NCBI GenBank assembly: GCA_003344405.1 | Contig: NOWV01000160.1 | Coordinates: 1-64,000 of the forward strand | Direction of reading: 5' to 3' | Length of the DNA stretch: 64,000 bases | DNA from: Trichoplax sp. H2 | Taxonomy: Eukaryota | Shown here: positions 54,119-64,000 of the stretch, one piece after another | How the letters are laid out: each line of letters begins with the position of its first letter | Numbering within the stretch: position 1 is the first letter of the stretch | Notes under the pieces: generated by a model | The model's input: the letters and a program-made list of their open reading frames with translations, nothing else | Told to the model about the DNA's origin: nothing | The model's database searches: none | Position numbers and translations under genes: made by a program

Positions 54119-57100
54119 TATTTTCCTAGAAAATTCTACATGAGTCTCTAAAAGTTACGAGCCGACTATTTTGGACTGGAAAAGGGTACCGTCCGTACTC
54201 TGACTATATAATTAATTAGAATTAAGCAAACTACATTAGATATGATTCACGTACTTCAAATCTGATAATTTATCGTTCATAGGATATTATTTCTCTTTTA
54301 AATCTACGTAATCATGTCACCATGGGCACAAACTTCACAAAATCGATCGCTAATATGAATAAGAGCTCCTTCATTTAAAGCCTCATTTACAGGATCCTGA
54401 CGTATATTTTACTTTTTAAGTAGACCATAATGTAATTATTCCAGATACGAATAAATTAAAGTTCAACTTTATCAATCATTTTATAATATCATTCAATAAT
54501 AATTTAGTATTTATATAGCGCAAATAGTGATGTAAACTGAAGTAAATTTCTTCGAATAATGTAATTAACCAGCTGGAGGTCAATTCTTTATATTAACAGA
54601 TATTTTGTTGAAACAGCTGAACGCACATATTTCTTCCGTTACTTTAATGCAAGATTATTTGTTGCTGTGGTAAATATCTTGTGCTAATTCAGATGATTGA
54701 AAAAAAACATTTGACTAAAATACTCTACGAATTCTGAAATGGAAATTTCTGAATTATAACATTTTAAATATTTCCTATCCGTCAATTACGTAAATCCTGC
54801 ATCGATTTTTATTTAAGGTCTTTCTGTGCAGGTTAATAATAAGCAGAATAATGATTTATAGCTTCCCGTAGTTATTACAGCTGGAACACTATAAATTTGG
54901 TAAGAGATTATTAATTTGACTAGTAAAACATTTGTTGAATTTTGATAGTTATTTTTAAAATATAGAGAAAAATTAGCCTAAAACTAAGGATAGAAGAAAG
55001 CTAGACATTATTAAAGAGTTACAAAGTGCTAGGAAATAAGGAATATTATACTTGGTGAGAATCAATTTGTATCACCCTATGTTGCCGAATTACTAGATAA
55101 ACATAATCTTGATAAATTAAAACTGCGAAATATCGCTTTTATATGTGTTTTACCCAATAGCTGGATAGAGCTATCATGATAACTATAATAGCAAAATAAC
55201 GTTTCTTTCATTTTTCTTTCAACAATTATAATTATTTTATATTACTGTCACGTAAATAAAAACACTAAGGTAGTATCGCACGTGGATCTCTACAACCTAT
55301 TATCTAATAAACGTTGTTTCATCCGCACATGAATATAGAATGTCTACTTAATGCCTTCAGTTTCTTCATTTCTATAATGTTTCATAGCAAAAACAAACTA
55401 AGGATATCTAGCGAAATAAGTGATTAGACCATCTTATTAATAAAATTTAACTATATTTACATTATAACAACTATTTATGCAATTTCTGGGCAACCATACA
55501 CGTCTATCGCAGCTTGCAATTGATTTTATATGACTTGTTTGTATAATATCTGCTCAGTTAATATCGAGAGTTTCAAATGACTCAGAAATAACTTTGCGAT
55601 TAAAAGTACCGATAATCAATCCTGTAGCTTTAAATGTTATCAGAAATAAAATGTTGCTATCTCTTATGACAATCTATGAGAACATCCTGTGTAATCGTTT
55701 ACTGATGTAATGAATCCATACTCATTGTAAGTATTGCTGATATTAAAACATGAAAGATTCTGAAAGATATAAATACATGAAAGATACTGAAATACTTCGA
55801 AGGAATCTAAGATCATATTGACTGAAAATTAACGCTGGGCCAAATGGAAGTGTAAGAAATCGGTCCTAAAACAATTAATCCTATCTAATTTATCCTTCTT
55901 TTTCAAGTTATTCAAAGCGCTATGAAATCGATATTTTCTTAGTCAGACATTACCATTTATTTCTTAATATTATAATGTTTACTTAGATCAACCGTATATA
56001 ATATACTATCAATAATAAAGATTTTAATTGTTCCATCAATAGTACCAAGCCTTAACTATTTCTAAACGAACATCTTCAACGTAACGAAGATATTTTATCA
56101 ATTACACATATATGATGATACTTCATTTAAATAGTATGCAAAAGTATTACATATGTCTAAAATTATAGCAATCACAACACATTATAATAAAGCTCTGTGT
56201 GTGGATACGCTTGCGCAAAACGATTCGTAATTACTGCGCACAATCAACACCTTACTACGACTGCGTGGTCGTGTATGTCGGCAACGCGCAGAAGCATGAG
56301 ATTGCGTATTCCCCTTTTGGTCAATGCGCAGAATCGTAAAATTGAGGAAACTTGATCAGTGAGGTTAAGAAAATGAAATAGCAATTTTCGGGTAATTAAT
56401 TTAAGCAAATGAAGCCTGTAATTTTAACTAAAAAAATGATATATGAATTAGTATTATATAATATCACTACTGTACTTATCTTATTAATTTCTAACCTTTA
56501 ATTAAAGAAAGATTGAAATATCAAAATTGCAATTTACGCTTGGAATATCTATAGTAACTGTTATAACGTTCGAGGTGATGACGTTGTTTTTTTATTACTA
56601 TGAACGTAATGGTCGATTCGAGTATCATTACTCATATTGGTTTCGCTATAAATCCTGCTATGATGATATTTCGATCTTTAATTCTTTTCTCTCCATAGTA
56701 AAATACATCACTGTACCCACAGCACCCACCCCGGCGATCGCGCTTACTTTTATACTGTTTCTCTTGCACTTGGATTTATGGATGGAAACGACTTGAGTAT
56801 TTGATATACAAGTACAGTATATCTTAAAATACAGTACCTACTATATTAAGTTACATCTACACAACATTAGTTCACGATAGTAATAACAATAGTTATTGCG
56901 ATCTATTTCAGGTATCCAAGTATACGCAGATATTTACATCTACGGTAAAAATATTCCATGACCATGTAAATTAGTTAATCGAATCAGCTACACAATAGTT
57001 ACTTAAAACTGATTGTGAGTACCATACTAATTAGGCATTGTTCGAAAATAGTTTTAAAGTATACCGTACAAACATGACATCGTCAAAGTTTTATTATATT

Positions 57101-58670
57101 TCTTTTTCTCTCCGTTCATATGAACGGGGAATTCTCACTAGTCTTGTTAATAAACTCATAAAATTAATCTACAGTAATAAGATAATTGTCATATTATTAC
57201 TTAATGATACAAAATTTAGCTATTATAATAAGGAATTTCTGATCGATTTTTAAATTATTTATTCCATTTATCCTGGTTGATACCCTATTGCCATTTATCA
57301 TTCAACAAATTTTATTAGTACGAATCCAGGTAAATATTGCTTAATTCCATGTTACGAACTTCTTATTTGTGATTTAGGCGATAAAACATTTCACAATTAA
57401 AATTGGGTCCCCTCAAATTCTATATAAATTAGAATTAACGGTAACAGCTGAATTTCTTGTTGAATAGTTAAGAATTAGCAATGGTATGCTCCAGTCTAGC
57501 ATTGCTGCGTGCAATAATCAATCATATCAAGTACAAATGCTATAATTTGACAATATTGAAATTTGAGAATATCAAGATCATGTAGCATGCTACATTTATT
57601 GTTTAAATTTTTATCTCATTAAATGGCTTTATCATGTCCGCGGTTTGGAAAAAATATTGACAAAAATACACTAAAAACACACTCACTTAAATAATTATAC
57701 CCTTTACTTAGAATTAAATTGTAAACAAGGCATTCATGACCTTTATGATAGCTAGCCTAGATAAAATACTGAAAGGTGATTTTCACTTGGACTTTGATCC
57801 GCCGCCAAGCCGTTGTTATGTTGATGAATTCATTAATTATTAGATTGTATCTGTCGTCTATATCTCTTATGGTTAAATTAAGTGCAGAAGGATTTATTTT
57901 AATGCTTAGTCCGTTACATATCAAACACGAAAATAGCAAAAAAAATCGACAAAGGATATGAGTTAGATTTATCTTTAGCATTTGTTATTATATTATAAAC
58001 GTTTAATTAATCATATATACTTTACATTTGTTTACGGTCTTATCTGGACCGCGATCATCTTTCATTAACGTGTCATTATTTAATGGATGTAAAATCATTC
58101 GCACATCAGTTGCAAAATAATCACCAACATTTAATCATAAAAAATATAAGTAAAATGTTTCCAAGAACTTGTAAATGTTATACTTTCACTACAAATGTTG
58201 CCATTAAAGTCTAAAAAAATTGCTAAAATGATTAACGATACGAAGATACCCTCCGAAATTGTTGTTAATTTTATTGTAAATAGATACGATTTATATAAAT
58301 TAGGAGCATTGTGCGAGAAATTTTTCGAAAACTGGATATTTTTAGCGAATCCTAGTTTAAGAGATTCTTAAATATGATTTTAATAAGCAACTATAGCAGA
58401 GTTTTCTAAGACTGTATTACATTTAATATTATATAATAACGTATAACTACCAAAAAGGTGCGATAGCGGCAGCTAGAGTAGAACATTTAATTAGTGAATT
58501 AAAATAATCATTAAGACTCGATAATTTGCAATATTGCAGCACAAAAAGCGAGAATTCTACATAACAGAAAATTAATATTAGTTTATTTATGCTAATTTTT
58601 ATGATTTAAGTAATCTTTTGACACGAAAATTTTTGCAATTTAAAGTAATTTTTAGTGAGTATCACCGATG

Positions 58671-59609
58671 CTAATTTCGAATTAAAAATTTTCGAATGGA
58701 TTTGACCTTCATATTGACGACTTGTCTGATGCCGGTAACAAAATATGCGTATAATATTGGATTAATTGCAGGAAAACAGAGAGTGATGATGTAGCTTACT
58801 TTAATATAGACTTCTACTTCAGGCCTCGTAAGAATAGCAGTAGATAAAGTAATTATGCAAATAAACGGAGCCATAGATACGAAAAATATGCCAGCTAACA
58901 AAGCCATCTGTATAGTGGCTTGGAATGCATTATCTTTGGCAGTAATTGATTTTTGGTAAACGAATATTCTAGAGCGAGGATTAATTTGAATTCTTCTTTT
59001 ATAAATGAAGTATATTATATAAAAATAGCAAGTAATCATAATTAGCAAAGGTACTAAATACCAAAATATGAAGACCCAAAAAACGTATAGTAGTTCAGCT
59101 TGAAGACTCGCTAGATGAATCCTGCAATCTTGTAATTGGGATCTACGAAAAGTTAGTAAAGGGATAGTCTGAGAAGCCAAAGCGTCTAGCCAAACTAGAA
59201 GGATTATAACCGCATAATGTTTAGCCTTTAGTGTTTTATAATGATGTGGCCATCTTACGGCTAGAAATCGATCAACACTAATTAGACATTGATGTAAATT
59301 ATAGTTAAGCACTAATGATATTCCAATTGCATTGCTAATAGCACAGAACTTTCCCAATAAAAAATGCGAAAGCGCGAAGCTTGGTATAACATAAATCGAG
59401 CTATAAAATACTCCAATGATAAATAAACTGCTGATAATCATATTTGAATTCGTTTTTAGCGATTTAGATGAAACCATTATCAAAAATAATATCCCGTTAT
59501 TGATTAAAGTTAAAAATCCAACAACAAGGCCAAAATCTCTGAGAATGGTGGGATAAATGGCGATACTAGTATTAGTAATATTACGTAAGACCACTGTGCT
59601 ATTCGACAT
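58671..59609 (-). CDS. Single-exon class A GPCR, 312 aa
   Basis: 7TM, NYNLHQCLISVDRF, FPAINPILY. First in-frame ATG at 59609 (MSNST). Confidence 0.92.
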   Translation of the reverse strand: MSNSTVVLRNITNTSIAIYPTILRDFGLVVGFLTLINNGILFLIMVSSKSLKTNSNMIISSLFIIGVFYSSIYVIPSFALSHFLLGKFCAISNAIGISLVLNYNLHQCLISVDRFLAVRWPHHYKTLKAKHYAVIILLVWLDALASQTIPLLTFRRSQLQDCRIHLASLQAELLYVFWVFIFWYLVPLLIMITCYFYIIYFIYKRRIQINPRSRIFVYQKSITAKDNAFQATIQMALLAGIFFVSMAPFICIITLSTAILTRPEVEVYIKVSYIITLCFPAINPILYAYFVTGIRQVVNMKVKSIRKFLIRN

Positions 59610-60585
59610 ATTGCATGTATTCAATAATACTTTTTATAATAATGTTTTACTAAAGAATTATAAACTTTAAAATAAAATGAAGCAGGCTCCAAAATATTTT
59701 TCAGCTTGAAGAGGTTATCCAATAGTTTTCCAAAGTCCAGTAAGACTTGAAATTCAAATACCGTATATAAGTACTGCTACATCATCGCATTTATTCAATG
59801 AATCAGACGATCTAATTTTATGCAATATTGATAACTTGGATTCCAAGATCAATTCAATTGTTCAAAGATCATTAATTGATTAATAAAAGAATTAAAAATT
59901 TCTTAATTACTGACGTCATTGAACTTCAGAAACCGAATTAACAATAATAAAATTGCTATTACGATATTTAGCTAATTAACTTATTAATGATATGCCGTTA
60001 CATTACTTACAGCCTTATTTGCTAGCAATAAGAGAGCCTATTTTGTGGCTTATGATTTAATTCTTGCTAATCCCATGATCTAAACTACTTACTATTACCA
60101 ATCAAAACTATTTATGAAATACCAATAACCCAGGTATAGTGATTGATGGGCAGATAAATTCTTTAAAGGATAACAAAAAAATTCTAAGAAATGAATTGCA
60201 GGCATACCAGCTACTTGTAATGTTTCAGACGAGACAGAATTGCATAAAATTTCCTCTAGATCGAAAGAATGCTTCCGAGTTCACACTTTTATGTATTTTA
60301 CCGGCCTTTTTATTGAGTTTGACAGAATTGTGTAATATTTCAACGTTTTTTGGTATCGTTCAGAGAAAACGAAGTTATACCAATTTTCCTTCATTTTTTC
60401 TCCAAGGAAATATAACTCGGCGGACCATTTATAGTTTATTACGGTAACATCTACAGAATTAAAGCAGATATAATTTCTGACTAAATACTGATTTCTATTA
60501 CAGCACGTTGTTCACTGCTCAGCGCTTATAAAATCCTTTACTGCAATGTTTAACGAAAAAATCTATTAGGATACATTTATACTAG

Positions 60586-61214
60586 TGTGACAGTGTTATT
60601 TACTGTATTAGAATAGAAATATCTATGTTAAGATAATTCTATTAGCCTATATTTATTAAGTTTACTTCTAATTTGAATATACTGTGTTTTAATTTAGCAC
60701 TGACTTTTTATGATAGTGACACATATACACATACTGAAATTAATAGTTATAATAGGGAATGTAAATCATCTGCTTACAGTTCGAATCATTGTGATTGTAA
60801 CTTACTTATGCTAGATTGTAAATTATCGTGGAAATGTTCCGTGATAAGACATATCGTAATCTGACGATTCTGTATTAGCCATCAGATGTCTATGTTCGTA
60901 AATACTGTTATCTGCATTAAGGGAGCAGTAGCTGTAATTAATATCTAATTCAATGAATGATTCCAAAGTTAATCGTATTAACTATGACTCATAAACTATT
61001 AAGGAATAGTATATAAATGCAGTATATCGTGTAATAAAGTGGATTCTGAAACTTAGTGTTTAACGTAAAATACGAGGCGTTTAAGTCTTTGTGTAGTCTG
61101 CTAGTAGAGCAAAAGCGTTTTTGATAGTGCAGATATCGTTCCTTGATACGTTGTTAAGGAAATGACTTATTGATCGTACATTACGTTATCTTGCTGCAAA
61201 GCTGTTTTGTGACA
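60586..61214 (+). mobile_element. Solo-LTR-like element, family A copy 3
   Basis: TGTGACA...TGTGACA with perfect TSD ACTAG, TATATAAA at 61010, AATAAA at 61033. Confidence 0.92.
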
Positions 61215-61219
61215 ACTAG

Positions 61220-61726
61220 TCTGATATTATTAATCTACGATTACATAGACTAAAATAGTAATCGCCTACCAGCTAATCTGGATGATATTTATCACCTCTA
61301 AGTTGTTAAGGTTCAAAGTACAATTCCTAAGTTTAGAGGGAATTTCTTAGTAGAATAGCTTTATATGTATCTGTTAAAGTATTAAGCAGTATTGATTATT
61401 TTAATACTGTTACAGTAAATTTAATAGGATTAGACTGTATATAATCTGTAGAGTTAAAATCTCTTAAGGTATTAATTTAGTTAATTCCTTATAGACGAGG
61501 TGATTTATGTAGCTAAACCGGTTTTAGGTCTGAAACCTATATAAATGGCGAGTTCGCCGACAATAAATTAGATTGTGATTTTCTAATAAATCTTGAAGGT
61601 CTTGCTGTGTTACATTCTATCTGCCTTGAAATACCAATTGTCCGGTATTCCAAATAACGGTAGCAAAGTATCGAAACCATCCTCTCAATCCTTGTTGCAA
61701 GTTAGAGCTATTGCTAGCTCGTGACA
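61220..61726 (+). mobile_element. Solo-LTR-like element, family C copy 3 (left part interrupted by A copy 3)
   Basis: Reverse complement of ~8193-8700, ends CTAGCTCGTGACA. Confidence 0.8.
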
Positions 61727-61996
61727 TTGCTACTGGGTTAAACAGCAAAATGAGACTTTGATTAATTTACTACTTATTAATTTAATGGTACTGACCATAA
61801 ACGTAGTTTTAATAGATTTATATCCTTTAATCTTTTCCGATTTGCAAAGCTATCCGCTAAATATTATACAATCTTCATCATATACAACACATTCATATTG
61901 GATACCAAGCAAATAACCAACAATCTTTCATATATTGTGTTACGGATCTTCTGTGGATTACATAGACAAAGTTCAAATAATTCTAGCCTATACAAT

Positions 61997-62534
61997 TGTA
62001 ACAAAACTTATTATTATGATTATAGACTTTTAGCCACGTTAGTAAGATGCACGGAAGCGTAACTTTCTATATTTATCTTATGACGTATTTAGTAGCTCGC
62101 TACTATGGACTGTCATAGTAGATTCTATCCTATAGTACTGATGACTATATATAGTAAAGTGGTGAGTTACTATTAAGGCTAGAGGTAAAAATAGAACTGT
62201 AATTCATATATTAGAATATGCTTAGTTTAGCGAATTTTGACTGCTAAGAATAATATTCACGGAAATACTGTAGTTGGTTCCATATCGGATTAATGATGGT
62301 CGCTGTAAAATGTTGTCACTAATAATAATTTGACTATGTGTAAATCAAGGTAGAATGATGTTATACTGATTGTGGCTGTGAGCAACTTTAGACTATTCAG
62401 TACGTTCTTTCTAGAAGTCCTTGAATAGTTGTATTCCGCTAGAGTAGAGTTGTGTGTAGCCAGTCTTTGTATTAGATCTAATAAAGTCCTAATTTTCTAG
62501 AACTTTGGAATTTTCGTGATTGCATTTTATCATG
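61997..62534 (+). mobile_element. Solo-LTR-like element, family D copy 5
   Basis: TGTAACA...TATCATG, TSD ACAAT/ACTAT. Reverse complement of 19925-20487. Confidence 0.85.
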
Positions 62535-62723
62535 ACTATGTACTAATACTTGTCCTGGCATTAAACGGTGACATTGATAAAACAAACATTTAAATATATC
62601 GTTTCATGTGATCATAAACTATTAATTTATCCTAAATAATAATGTGCACTATCAGTAAATTTTGTAGCAAATTAAAATTCGACTTCTCTATGTGCATACT
62701 CTTGACGTATCGAAGAATAATTT

Positions 62724-63309
62724 TTAAAATAGCTGACTCTCATTCTCGGTAGGGTATAGCCAGGATTTCGAATTTTCCCTTAATAGCTTTTTTGAAGCTT
62801 TTTTGATATCCTGATCAAATACAAATAGTGAAGCTGGATTGACAATCGATATTGCGACTGTAGTTGTAAACGCAAAAAATATCATAGCAAAATAAACTGA
62901 GCTTATGTTTTATCTCCCTCTGTGAATGTGCCGTAAGCGCTAAGCATAACATTGTAACAAAAAATGGCTTAGTTACAAATACGTCTAAAGCGGTTATTAC
63001 TATTAATGTTTTTATTGATTTTCGTTTTCTTAATTCCTTATAATTATCAACCAAATGCTTCGGTTGAACATAACTTTTCATGTAGCGAGCAATTTTTCAG
63101 TATGTTAATATTAAAAATGTCGACGGAACAAAGTATGGTGTCACGGCAAGGACAACTAAAAAATTGAAACGTTTCGGATGATGATAGAAATATCACAAAA
63201 CATCGATTCGTCATCATGAGCACTTCCAAAATCAAAGAAAGGTAAAGATATTCAAACGGAGATGACCAATATCAGAATTTATATAATCGAAATCGAATAT
63301 AGAAGCATC
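62724..63309 (-). pseudogene. TM4-TM7 half of a GPCR pseudogene from a different family
   Basis: ISLPF, FCDI, YFVPSTFLILTY*KIARYM, RKRKSIKTLIVITAL..PFF and ISIVNPASLFVFDQDIKK, with stops and a frameshift. Cut at 63310 by an LTR-like element. Confidence 0.8.
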
Positions 63310-64000
63310 TGCCACGGTACAAACCACCGTGAAGAGTAAATAACTAAATTTCGTGGTCAACATTTACATATGGAGATAACTAATAATGAGCGATAGTAAG
63401 AACGACGGTAGTTAGTATTTTGTTGCAGTAAATTATGCTGCACTGCAGTTAGAGTTCTCATAAGCTTACTAATGTTAATTGATTATAGTATTCTGTCTTA
63501 TATCTCTTATCTTGTGATGAATATTCTTAAGATATTCAATTATAGAGGTTACTATAAATAATTCTGTGTATGGACATACTGTAATCTAATTATCTAGAAT
63601 CTTTCAGTACATATCTAAGATTATGAATAATTTCTGCATTGATTTAGCTATCCTATATGAACTAAATTTCGTGAGCTGTTATGACTCGTATATGATAGCA
63701 GGTGTCCAAGAGTATTTAAGCTCGGCAGATGGCAGATAGCAGCTGTAGAGGAGCAATTGATGATAATTTGTATAGGTTGTATAGAATTGCTATCGCGGAG
63801 GCTAAGTCGACTATTAGGTTTATCTTAGCCGTTTTCGACTGATATTATGAGGAGAAGAAATTGGAATTCTTCTCTGACGGACAATGCACGGACGTAATAA
63901 ACTTAACTTTACAAGTTTATTATTCGGTGTTGACTATTTTGTGTCACATTAGGGATTAGCACGTTTTGAACAACTCCGAATTTTGAGATGACAGATTACG
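63310..64000 (+). mobile_element. Chimeric LTR-like element (long-E 5' part, F 3' part), runs off the window end
   Basis: 63310-63740 is homologous to 41935-42350, and 63744-64000 is homologous to 25460-25722. Confidence 0.8.

Noticed and set aside
2293-59609. Opsin identity for the GPCR array
   Set aside because: Position 7.43 is Phe or Leu rather than the retinal-binding Lys, and no other opsin motifs are present.
3283-60100. Shared upstream promoter motif for the GPCR paralogs (e.g. GATCAAATT or CCGGAATCAAATT)
   Set aside because: Occurrences are at inconsistent distances and too short to distinguish from chance in AT-rich DNA without motif-discovery statistics.
33737-60864. Short ORFs inside LTR-like repeats (33737-33925, 40910-41113, 60673-60864)
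   Set aside because: They lie within non-coding repeats, show no gag, pol or transposase motifs, and their length is expected by chance.

Overview
AT-rich (~70%) eukaryotic, animal-type DNA. The compact single-exon GPCR array suggests a placozoan such as Trichoplax or Hoilungia, which is an inference only. The window is a head-to-tail minus-strand tandem array of divergent intronless class A (rhodopsin-like) 7TM receptors of one family: 7 intact ORFs and 2 pseudogenes. There is also one clear pseudogene of a different GPCR family (62.7-63.3 kb) and two very decayed candidates (11.7-12.7 kb and 15-16 kb). The family has a remodelled activation core (G2.50, Y3.39, Q3.43, no W6.48, YP/FP at 7.45-7.46). 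The spacers hold more than 20 non-coding 430-690 bp elements, about 12 kb in total. The best-preserved copies have TG(T)...(A)CA ends, 5-bp target-site duplications, a TATA then AATAAA layout and a hairpin at one end, so they look like solo LTRs. They nest in each other, swap modules between families, disrupt two GPCR pseudogenes and sit just behind three GPCR stop codons, yet no internal retrotransposon sequence is visible. A long-TIR (TGTAGT...) family occurs three times, once as a near-spacerless foldback palindrome. No rRNA, tRNA or CRISPR was seen.
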